Below are positions 37,055-46,200 of a stretch of 64,000 nt of DNA, in pieces; the stretch's first letter is position 1; each line of letters begins with the position of its first letter. A program made the translations under genes and the position numbers. The notes beneath the pieces were generated by a model. The model did no database searches and had not been told where the DNA came from. It saw nothing but the letters and a program-made list of their open reading frames with translations. This stretch comes from a virus (Duplodnaviria; Caudoviricetes), in the IMG/VR virus record IMGVR_UViG_3300045747_000505, one strand, 5' to 3'.

Positions 37055-37521
37055 TGTATCAAACTGGACACCTGCTTGACGAGGTCAAGACGGGCGTCAT
37101 TCTACAGCAGGTCAACGCGCAGGGCAAGATGGCCTCTGGCTTCGCCAAGGCGATTCGTGACAAGTGGCCGAGCGTCTGGGAGAACTACAGCCGGCTCGTG
37201 ACGCCTGGCGATGATGCTCACACCTTTCGTCACCTCGGCAAGGTCATTCTCGTTGAGGTTGAGGACGGTCTCTACGTCGCCAATCTGGTCGGGCAGCACT
37301 TCTACGGGCGTGATCCCAACGTGCGCTACACGTCCTACGACGCGCTCGACGACGCGCTGCATCGTCTCCGCTCGTGGATCGACAACTCGACCATCAGCAC
37401 CGAGGAGATTCATCACCCGCTGATCGGCTGTGGTCTCGGCAATGGTCAGTGGAGCGTCGTGGAGGCGCTCATTCGAAACAATCTCGGTGATCGCACAACT
37501 CTCTGGACGCAACCCACCTGA
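37051..37521 (+). CDS. Macrodomain (ADP-ribose binding/hydrolase, Poa1p/T4 Tk.4-like)
   Basis: QQVNAQGKMASGFAKAIRDKWP, VANL.GQ..YG, P.IGCGLG.G.W..V. Confidence 0.9.
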   Translation: MMYQTGHLLDEVKTGVILQQVNAQGKMASGFAKAIRDKWPSVWENYSRLVTPGDDAHTFRHLGKVILVEVEDGLYVANLVGQHFYGRDPNVRYTSYDALDDALHRLRSWIDNSTISTEEIHHPLIGCGLGNGQWSVVEALIRNNLGDRTTLWTQPT

Positions 37522-37526
37522 CGATG

Positions 37527-37532
37527 TAAATA
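37527..37532 (+). promoter_or_regulatory. T4-type late promoter (TAAATA)
   Basis: GTAAATAGG 26 nt before ATG 37558. Confidence 0.7.
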
Positions 37533-37557
37533 GGTGAAGCACTCGACTCACCGCACT

Positions 37558-39258
37558 ATGGCCCTCATCTCCACACTTTCAGAAGCCTCAGGGCACGACA
37601 TCGCAAGCCTGAAGAAGGTCATGCAGAAGGATCCCCGCGTCAAGCAGATCTTTCAGAAGGCGCTTGACGTTGACGACCTTGAGAACAAGGTTCAGTTCCT
37701 CGCGACGCTGAAGTTCTTTCTGCTGAACAATCGCAACGTCATTGACTTCGTGGAGGGTCGCACCTACATCAAGGACATGAGCAAGACCTCGCTGAAGAAG
37801 TTCCGCGAGCTGAAGCCTGATGACTTGACGCAGGCGAAGCTCGACGAGCTGCGCGAGTTCGTTGCCGATCTGTTCCGTGAGCACGGCACCGTCGAGAAAT
37901 CTGGCGTCTCAGCCACCGCTCGCAAGGCGCTGGTTGACTGGGCGAACGGCAACGGGCGCTGGTTCAACCTGTCGAAGCCGATTCAGCAGGAGCTGCTCTC
38001 AGTGCCTGGCATTCGCCCAGACAAGAAGATCGTTCTCTATCGTGGTCTGCTCTTCGGCAATCACGATCTGAAGGAACGCAAGCGCTACGACGGACAGCTC
38101 GAGGTCGGGCACGGTCTGAAGTTTCTGCGCTCAGTTCGCAACGGCGGGCGCGTCGTTGACCTTGAGTGGGACCGTCCAAGCTCGTGGTCGACGAGCCGTG
38201 AGGTCGCCGAGAAGTTCGCTCGCTTCGCGCCAGCCGGCTCCAACTTCTCCGCCACGCTACAGTGGCTGTCTCGTGATGGCAAGATCGACGGCGACCTCGG
38301 CTTCATCGTCTCGATGCTCGTCGATCCAAAGGACATCCTCATCGACATGAATCGTCTTCAGACCGCTGCTCACCTACAGCACGGCAATGAGGGCGAGATC
38401 ATCGTCGCGCCTGGCACCTACACCTGCCGCGTCAACACGAAGTACACGAAGGCTGGTGAGGTTGATCCTACCGCCTCCGTCAAGGGCGACGAGAAGATGA
38501 CTGAGCTCGCCTCAACCGTCAAGGACTTCGCAACGGGCTGGTCGCACAAGATTGATACGGATCTGCAGCATGGTAATTGGGGTCTTGCTGATGCCGATCG
38601 TGCGCTGAAGGACGGCAACATTGAGCACCTCAAGAAGCTCATCGCGCCTGGCTTCAAGGACAAGCTCATCGCTGACACAGACGATCTGCAAACGTTCTAC
38701 CGCGACCACATCAAGGGTCTCACGGACGACGAGGTCGAGACCGCTGTCGCTCACGCCGACCACGGCAAGGTCGCTGCATGGATCAGTGAGCTGCGCAAGA
38801 CGGCGAACACCTCGCTGCGCCACAAGGACTTTGTGACGAAGGACAACTTTCGTGGCGATGCCAAGCATGGCGACGCCAAGGGTCATCACATTCGCGATTC
38901 GTACAATGGCTGGCTGTCGAAGGACATCAAGGGCATCAAGTACGGCGTGCGCTTCACCGACCGTGGCGAGGGTGCTGTCTTCGGCAATTTGATGAAGGCC
39001 TTCGTCAAAGACGAGAGTGGCGATTGGAATCGCCGAAGCAAGGTCGATCAGCAGAAGGCGCTCGACAAGCTCATCCCAGCATTCTTCAAGCAGATGGGTC
39101 TCTCTGAACCTGAGGACAAGGACGCCGCGATTCAGAAGATGGGGCTTGCACTTCTCACCGCTGAGCGCAATGCTCGCATGATTGACAATCTCGCACACGC
39201 TCGCACCGAGCTCGACAAAGCGCTGGGCACCATCCCAGACACCGACACCGACAACTGA
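37558..39258 (+). CDS. ADP-ribosyltransferase-domain protein (R-S-E clade, T4 Alt-like role)
   Basis: LYRG (38035), SSWSTSREVAEKFA (38179), NEGEIIV (38389); late promoter; N-terminus MALISTLSE. Confidence 0.75.
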   Translation: MALISTLSEASGHDIASLKKVMQKDPRVKQIFQKALDVDDLENKVQFLATLKFFLLNNRNVIDFVEGRTYIKDMSKTSLKKFRELKPDDLTQAKLDELREFVADLFREHGTVEKSGVSATARKALVDWANGNGRWFNLSKPIQQELLSVPGIRPDKKIVLYRGLLFGNHDLKERKRYDGQLEVGHGLKFLRSVRNGGRVVDLEWDRPSSWSTSREVAEKFARFAPAGSNFSATLQWLSRDGKIDGDLGFIVSMLVDPKDILIDMNRLQTAAHLQHGNEGEIIVAPGTYTCRVNTKYTKAGEVDPTASVKGDEKMTELASTVKDFATGWSHKIDTDLQHGNWGLADADRALKDGNIEHLKKLIAPGFKDKLIADTDDLQTFYRDHIKGLTDDEVETAVAHADHGKVAAWISELRKTANTSLRHKDFVTKDNFRGDAKHGDAKGHHIRDSYNGWLSKDIKGIKYGVRFTDRGEGAVFGNLMKAFVKDESGDWNRRSKVDQQKALDKLIPAFFKQMGLSEPEDKDAAIQKMGLALLTAERNARMIDNLAHARTELDKALGTIPDTDTDN

Positions 39259-39282
39259 TTCCCTCTCCAACCAAGCACCACT

Positions 39283-39591
39283 ATGGGCGAACACCTGAAC
39301 ACCAAGAAAGATCCCTCCAAGCACCACAAGCGTGGTTTCTCCGAGGGCGTAGACGTCGTCACGCAGCGCAAGTCGAAAGCGTCCTTCAAGAACTACCTTC
39401 AGGATCTGGAGGACGACCTCATGAATGAGGAGCTCGCGGCGAACGAAGAGTGGATCATCGAGAAGCTCGTGGAGGGTGAGTGGGTTCGTGCTGACGACTT
39501 CTCAAGCCCGAGCGTCGACCACGCTGAGTATCACATGGTGATGATGGCAGGCATCGATGACATCGACCAGTACCGCGTCACGCTAGGTTGA
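39283..39591 (+). CDS. Hypothetical protein
   Basis: 102 aa; basic N-half, acidic C-half. Confidence 0.7.
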   Translation: MGEHLNTKKDPSKHHKRGFSEGVDVVTQRKSKASFKNYLQDLEDDLMNEELAANEEWIIEKLVEGEWVRADDFSSPSVDHAEYHMVMMAGIDDIDQYRVTLG

Positions 39592-39609
39592 GTTCTATCG
39601 GGAGCGACA

Positions 39610-39615
39610 TAAATA
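39610..39615 (+). promoter_or_regulatory. T4-type late promoter (TAAATA)
   Basis: ATAAATAGG before the structural operon starting at 39640. Confidence 0.7.
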
Positions 39616-39639
39616 GGAGACATTCTGTGGATCCTATTT

Positions 39640-40125
39640 ATGTACGTTGTCCCGCTAGCAGGCGATCGCATCACCAATAAGAACGGACTGCCCTTCAAGG
39701 TCGTCTCGTTCACCAACTACAAGAAAGAAGGCCCAGCGGTTATCGCTGAGCCTTTGGGGGGTGGCGAGTCTGAGACGGTGCTGTTCACTGAGATCGACGA
39801 GCTGAACGGGCAGAAGCCACGCTTCATCAAGGACGACAAGGCCTTCAAGGTCTTCGAGATCGACGGCGTGCTTGATCGTGAGTGGGACCTACCACAGCCA
39901 GGTGATAAATTTTCAAGCGGCGATCGATCCTACAAGCTCGTGCGCTTGAAGCTGCACGTCAAGGATGAGCTCAGCCGTGGCTTGATTCTCGTTTCGACGA
40001 GCGACGAGGCTGATGGCACAGTCGATTTGGTGCTTGGCAACATCGACGCCATTGACGGAGCTCGCTTCGCGAAGGCCAAGTTCCTCGCCTACTACTCAGA
40101 CTATCGTGAGAAGGGTACAGCATGA
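39640..40125 (+). CDS. Hypothetical late protein
   Basis: 161 aa. Confidence 0.7.
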   Translation: MYVVPLAGDRITNKNGLPFKVVSFTNYKKEGPAVIAEPLGGGESETVLFTEIDELNGQKPRFIKDDKAFKVFEIDGVLDREWDLPQPGDKFSSGDRSYKLVRLKLHVKDELSRGLILVSTSDEADGTVDLVLGNIDAIDGARFAKAKFLAYYSDYREKGTA

Positions 40126-40340
40126 AGCTGCTGGACAACATCGAAAAGCACCCGTATCAGGGCTACACCCTTGAGCACGGCATCGAGCGCATTCGCGTGA
40201 AGGTCCCGCTGCGAAGCTCTCGAGCCTTCGAAGCTGCCATCGCCGAAGCAATCGCTGAGGGAGCTCCAACCAAATCAACGCTGCTTGAGATCGTCGCCAA
40301 TCACGGCGGATCACAACGGTCAGCTAAGCGGAGCGTCTGA
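40122..40340 (+). CDS. Hypothetical late protein
   Basis: 72 aa; ATGA and TGATG coupling. Confidence 0.65.
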   Translation: MKLLDNIEKHPYQGYTLEHGIERIRVKVPLRSSRAFEAAIAEAIAEGAPTKSTLLEIVANHGGSQRSAKRSV

Positions 40341-41686
40341 TGGCCACTCAACTCTTTTCCAACAATGCCGTCTCGCTCCTTGCTGCTCCAATAGCAGCAA
40401 CGGACACGATGATGACCGTGATGACCAATCACGGCACCCTGTTCCCACAACCAACGAACGACGGCTCTGACTACTTTCTGATCACGCTTGAGGATCAGAC
40501 TGGGACCTATCGAGAAATCATTCGTGTTCGCGCTCGCTATGGTGACACGTTCACGGACATTCAACGTGGACAAGAAGGCTCTACACAACGGGCGTGGAGC
40601 GCATCTGCTGGTAGCGACACGCTCGTCGACCATCGTATCACTGCCGAGACGATGCGACTGGCGATGCAGCTTCCGCTACCGCCAGTGTCGCCGTCTGGTG
40701 GCATTCAAGGCGTCACGGTTCAGGATGAAGGTGTTGTTCTCCCAGCGCTCGCAACGACGCTGAACTTCGTCGGCACCAACGTTAGCGTCACTGGCAACGG
40801 CGCCACGAAGACCGTTACCATCGCTGGCACTGGCGGAACCGGACCAGCCGGCCCTACTGGGCCTATGGGTCCCGAAGGTCCAGCCGGTCCTGCCGGTCCG
40901 TCTGGTATTCAAGGCGTCACGCTTCAGGAGGAGGGCGTTGCGCTCTCCACTCTGGCAACGACGCTGAACTTCGTTGGTCCGAACGTCACGGTCACCGGTG
41001 CTGGTGCTACGAAGACCGTCACGATTGACGCCTACTCTGGTCCATCAGGCATTCTTGGCATTGAGGTTCAAGACGAGAGCGTTCCAATCGCTGGGCTGGC
41101 TACGAAGCTGGACTTCGCTGGCGCTGGTGTCAGCGTTGTGGACAACGGCAACACCAAGACCATCGTCATTCCAGGCGCAACGGCAGGCATTCAAGGCATC
41201 ACGGTCGAGGATGAGGGCGTTGCTCTTGTCAATCCAGCCGTCGGGCTGAACTTCACTGGTGCAGGCGTCACGGTCACTGGCTCTGGCGCCACGAAGATAG
41301 TCAACATTCCTGGCGGTGGCAGCACTGGTACGGCGTGGATCAACGGTGCTTCTGCCGGTCCTACAGAGGTCGACGTTGGTTGGACGCTGCCAATCAGCTC
41401 GGTGACCTACTCGCAGTTCAACCGTGGCTTCAAGTTCTTCGTCACCATCGTGATGCCTGCGAATGGCAGAACGATGACGTGCGAGGTTGCCGTCACCGTG
41501 ACCGGCGACATCAGCGCCAACGCAGAAACAGCAGACTGGACGACCTACGCCGTCGTTGGACCTCGCCTGCTCGGATCAATTGGTTGCTCGCTCAACACGG
41601 TTTCTAACACGCTGCATCTGACGTGGACGAACAACGAGGCGCTCACAACGCAAGTGATGTGCACACGAATTCAGCACGCTTTGTGA
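40340..41686 (+). CDS. Virion fibre/whisker-like protein with short collagen segment and four 41-aa repeats
   Basis: N-terminal FSNNA.S.L...RGQEG domain; (GXY)n at about 40830-40908; GI.G....DEG...LNF.G..V.V.G.G.TK repeats. Confidence 0.8.
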   Translation: MATQLFSNNAVSLLAAPIAATDTMMTVMTNHGTLFPQPTNDGSDYFLITLEDQTGTYREIIRVRARYGDTFTDIQRGQEGSTQRAWSASAGSDTLVDHRITAETMRLAMQLPLPPVSPSGGIQGVTVQDEGVVLPALATTLNFVGTNVSVTGNGATKTVTIAGTGGTGPAGPTGPMGPEGPAGPAGPSGIQGVTLQEEGVALSTLATTLNFVGPNVTVTGAGATKTVTIDAYSGPSGILGIEVQDESVPIAGLATKLDFAGAGVSVVDNGNTKTIVIPGATAGIQGITVEDEGVALVNPAVGLNFTGAGVTVTGSGATKIVNIPGGGSTGTAWINGASAGPTEVDVGWTLPISSVTYSQFNRGFKFFVTIVMPANGRTMTCEVAVTVTGDISANAETADWTTYAVVGPRLLGSIGCSLNTVSNTLHLTWTNNEALTTQVMCTRIQHAL

Positions 41687-41694
41687 CCTTCAGA

Positions 41695-41700
41695 TAAATA
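41695..41700 (+). promoter_or_regulatory. T4-type late promoter (TAAATA)
   Basis: ATAAATAC before AGGAG and ATG 41755. Confidence 0.7.
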
Positions 41701-41754
41701 CACACGAACCCCATCCCGCGCCCGGCTTTGGGCAACAATTCTTAGGAGATACAA

Positions 41755-43161
41755 ATGGCACTCTCAATGTTCCGCATCGAACGTGGTCTTGACCTCGACA
41801 ACTCAGTCCAGTACCTGCAAGGCAACGTCGCCCCAGGCGCAGCTGGTGATACCGCTGCCGCTCCGGTCGGCTCCGTCTATACCGACAACGTCACTGGTCA
41901 GCTCTACACGAAGATCGCAGCCGGCACTGGCCTCGACAAGTGGCAGAAGATGGCGTCTGAGACGTACGTCGACAATGCCCTCGGTGCTACCGTTTCTTGG
42001 CGTGAACCAGTCATCGTTCGCGACAACGTCGCTTCGTCGCTGCCAACCGGCACGGCAACGCAACCAATCGTCGTTGATGGCGTCTCGGTCAGCAACGGCC
42101 AACGCGTGCTGTTCTCGGCAATCGTCGGCGGCAATGGCAAGAACATCTACGTCTACAATCAGGCCACTGGCGCCTTCGTTGAAGACGTCAATCCAGAAAC
42201 GAACGGTGACGCCGTCTACGTCGACAGCGGTACCGCTGCTGGCAAGACCTTCATCTACAACGGCGCTGACTGGGTTCAGTCTGACCAATCGTCCCTCGAC
42301 GAGCTCGGCTACATCCGTGCCTTCATCGGCAAGAACGCTGCCGGCAACGACGTCCCTGGCTACACCTCGACCAACTTCGTCGTTCAGTCGTCTGACCTCG
42401 AAACCGCTGTCTCCGCTCTCGACCTCGAGCTCGGTGCCAACGTCGCGCTCGGCAACTACATCGATCCGGCTGCCAAGATCAACGCCAACATTCAGTCACT
42501 TGACACCGCCATCGGCGCCAACGTCACGACTGGTGGCTTCATCGCTGCTGCGAACAAGGTCCAAGGCAACATTCAGGCAATCGACACTCACCTCGGCGTG
42601 AACTTCGTCGTCGGCAACTACATCGGCGCCGGTCAAACCGTCTCTGGTGCTGTCACCGCTCTCGACGTGGCGATTGGTCCAAACGTTGTCGACGGCAACT
42701 GGATCCTCGCTGCCAACAAGGTTCAGCAGAACGTTCAAGCACTTGACGCCGAGATCGGTGCCAACGTCACGAACGGTGGCTACATTCTCGCCGCCAACAA
42801 GGTCAACGCCAACATTCAGTCGCTCGACGCAGCGATGACCAAGGCGACACAGCAAACTGCCGTCACCAACGTCACCTCCGTTCAGAACATCGACGTCCTC
42901 CCAGTCGGCGTCACCGCTGCCAAGTGGTTCGTCCGTGTCGAGCTCATCTCTGACCTGACCCGCGTCTACGCCACTGAAGTCTACGCTGTCACCGATGGCA
43001 CGGCTTCTGACTACACTCGCTACGGCACGCTCGTCCTCGGCACCGCCATCCCAGGCCTGGTCGTCTCGGTCGACGTCGACGGCACTGGCGCTCTGCGTCT
43101 CCGTGCTGCTGCCACCGGCGCTGTCAACGTTGTCGCTCGCCGCGCTTCAGTCATCGCCTAA
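41755..43161 (+). CDS. Virion structural protein with five 27-aa repeats
   Basis: LD..IGANV..G.YI.AANK...NIQ repeats at about 42415-42835; AGGAG RBS; own promoter and terminator. Confidence 0.8.
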   Translation: MALSMFRIERGLDLDNSVQYLQGNVAPGAAGDTAAAPVGSVYTDNVTGQLYTKIAAGTGLDKWQKMASETYVDNALGATVSWREPVIVRDNVASSLPTGTATQPIVVDGVSVSNGQRVLFSAIVGGNGKNIYVYNQATGAFVEDVNPETNGDAVYVDSGTAAGKTFIYNGADWVQSDQSSLDELGYIRAFIGKNAAGNDVPGYTSTNFVVQSSDLETAVSALDLELGANVALGNYIDPAAKINANIQSLDTAIGANVTTGGFIAAANKVQGNIQAIDTHLGVNFVVGNYIGAGQTVSGAVTALDVAIGPNVVDGNWILAANKVQQNVQALDAEIGANVTNGGYILAANKVNANIQSLDAAMTKATQQTAVTNVTSVQNIDVLPVGVTAAKWFVRVELISDLTRVYATEVYAVTDGTASDYTRYGTLVLGTAIPGLVVSVDVDGTGALRLRAAATGAVNVVARRASVIA

Positions 43162-43181
43162 GCGTTCTTCGCTTCGCCAAT

Positions 43182-43213
43182 GAAAGGGCTCATTCGGGAG
43201 CCCTTTCTGTTTT
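43182..43213 (+). terminator. Rho-independent terminator
   Basis: GAAAGGGCTC-attcgg-GAGCCCTTTC followed by TGTTTT. Confidence 0.85.
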
Positions 43214-43218
43214 CTGAA

Positions 43219-43224
43219 TAAATA
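43219..43224 (+). promoter_or_regulatory. T4-type late promoter (TAAATA)
   Basis: AATAAATAGG right after the terminator, before GTG 43253. Confidence 0.7.
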
Positions 43225-43252
43225 GGACATCACTCCTACTCGGAAGCAGCAC

Positions 43253-46200
43253 GTGGCAAATTTCGACCTCGCATTTCAGCCAGAGAATGGCATCAACCTC
43301 GACGGGCTCGTCGGCATCTTCACCGGCATCATTGACCCGTCAATCGTTGGTGAGGCGGCGCCAATCGGCTCGCTCTACCTCAGCACCTCTGGTCGCCTCT
43401 ATCAGAAGGTCACCGCGCTCGATACAGGGTGGATGGTCTTCTCACAAGGTCTTGGCGAAGCGCTGAAGATCTCAGCGACCGACACGACGGCTGGCTACCT
43501 CAACACGAAGCTGCTGACCTCAGCAGCGCTGACCAAGACGGTCGGCAATGCTGGTGCTAACGAGACGCTCACGCTTGATCTAGCAAGCGTCGGCACCGCT
43601 GGCACGTATCGCTCGGTCACGACGAACTCCAAGGGTCAGGTCACCGCTGGTACCAATCCAACGACCCTTTCCGGCTACGGCATCACCGACGCGCAGCCAC
43701 TGGCTACGAACCTTACGGCGCTCGCTGGCGTCGCAACAACAGGACTCTATGTTCGTCAAACTGCTGGTGGCACAACTATCACTCGCACAATCGTCGGCAC
43801 GACGAACCAGATCAACGTACTTGCTGGCGACGGCGTCAGCGGAAACCCGACGCTCTCATTCTCATCGACCGTTCTGTTTCCAGGCACGACTGGCATTCGA
43901 CCGCCAAGCGGCACCACGGCTCAGCGCGTTGCCACCGCCTCGTACCTGCGCTTCAATACAACCACGGCAGCGCTCGAGTACTACAACGGCACCACGTGGG
44001 TCTCACTCGTCGCCTCCACTGGCGGCACAGTCACCTCCATCAGCACGGTAGCGCCAACTGAAGGTCTCACAATCACTGGCGGTCCAATCACCGCGGCTGG
44101 CACGCTGACCTTCACGCTTGCCAACGATCTCGCCGCTCTTGAGAGCATCGCAACCACTGGCTTCAGCGCTCGCATCGGCACGGACACTTGGGCGGCGCGC
44201 AACCTCACTGGCACGCTCGACCGTCTCGAAATCACAAACGGTGCTGGCGTCGCTGGTGACCCAACCTTCGACATCGCCTCTACCTACGCGGGTCAATCGT
44301 CCATCATCACGCTCGGCAACATCACGACTGGCTCTTGGGCTGCGACGACGATTGACATTGGTCACGGTGGCACGGGTCGCACCAGCATCGGCGGCGCCAA
44401 CACTGTCCTCGGCGTAAACACGACCGCCACAGCTCTTGAGTACAAGGTCATCGTTGGCGGTACTGGCATCAGCGTCTCACCAACTGCCAATCAACTACAG
44501 ATCACCAACAGCGGCGTCACATCGGTGACTGGCACGACCAATCAGGTCAACGTCTCTGGCAGCACCGGCTCCATCACGTTCTCGCTGCCACAGTCGATCG
44601 CTACGACGTCCACGCCAACGTTCGCGCAGGTTACCGTTGCAGCTGATCCAGCTGCACCGTTGCAGCTCGCTACCAAGCAGTACGTTGACAACGCTGTTCA
44701 AGGTCTCGATGCCAAGCAGTCGGTCGCCGCTGCGACCACGACGAACATCACGCTGAGCGGTGAGCAGACGATCGACAACGTGGCGCTCGACACGGGTGAT
44801 CGTGTCCTCGTCAAGAACCAGACGACCGCTTCACAGAACGGTATCTACGTTGTTTCGTCCGGTGCGTGGACTCGCGCACTCGATCTCGACACCTGGGCTG
44901 AGGCTGTTGACGCCTTCACCTTCGTCGAGGGTGGCATCGCTCTGGCTGGCACTGGGTGGATTGCCAACGGCTCCCGCACTGGCACCATCGACACCACCGC
45001 GATGCCGTGGGTTCAGTTCTCACAGGCAGGCGTCGTCAACGCCGGCGGTGGTCTCACGCAGTCGGGCACGACCATCAGTCTGTCACCAGTCGGCACCGCC
45101 GGCACGTACAACGACGTTACAACGAACGCCTACGGTCAGGTCATCAGTGGCACGAACCAACCATACCTCACCGCCAATCAGAACATCACGCTTCAGGGCG
45201 ATGTCACCGGTGTTGGCAACACGCTCATCACCACCGCGCTCTCGGCAACCGGCGTGGCGCCTGGCACCTACAAGTCGGTGACCGTCGATGCCAAGGGTCG
45301 CATTGGCGCCGCCACGAATCCAACCACGCTCGCTGGCTACGGCATCACCGACGCGCAGCCAATCAACGCCTATCTGACGGCGCTGTCTGGTCTGGCGACC
45401 AACGGCATCGTCATTCGCTCTGGCAACACGACCACGACTCGCACCATCGACGCTGGCTCCACGAAGGTCTCGGTCAACTTCGCCGATGGCGTCGCTGGCA
45501 ATCCAACGATCGACGTCGTCGAAGCCAACCTTGCGCTGAACAACATCAGCGGCACGCTTGCGGTCAGCAAGGGCGGCACTGGTCTCAGCGCCGTCAATGG
45601 CGCCAACACGCTGCTTGGTGTCAACGCTTCATCGAACGCGCTTGAGTACAAGGCGCTCACTGGCACCGGCATCACCATCACGCACTCACCGGCTGGCATC
45701 AACTTCACCACCATCAACAACGGCACCGTCACCTCTGTCGCAGCGACTGGAAGCACGGGTCTGACGGTTGGCGGCACGCCAATCACCAGCGCTGGCACGC
45801 TGACCTTCACGCTCAGCACGGAACTTCAGGCGCTCTCTGGTCTTGCCACGCTCGGCTTCGTGTCGCGCACCGCCGCCAACACCTACGTCACGCGCTCGGT
45901 GGTCAGCGGCAACGCTACCATCAGCATCTCGAACCCAGCCGGCTCAGCTGGCAACGTCAGTCTTGACCTCGCCACCGTCGGCACCGCTGGCACCTTCAAG
46001 TCAGTCACGACCGACATCTACGGTCGCGTCACCTCTGGCACGAATCCAACAACGCTCGCCGGCTATGGCATCACCGATGCCGCACCGAACACGCTCGCCT
46101 ACCTCACGGTCGGTTCTGAGCCGACGCTGACCAATGAGCGCCGTCTTGCTGGCACGACCAGCCAGATCACGCTCGCCGACAATGGCGCCAACTCAACGCT

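Noticed and set aside
16482-38678. Long antisense ORFs (e.g. 16482-17528, 20206-21408, 25272-26315, 31833-32798, 38512-39327, 54956-56089)
   Set aside because: Shadows of strongly biased sense genes (V/L/D/E/R-rich mirror composition, no RBS, fully overlapping motif-bearing genes)
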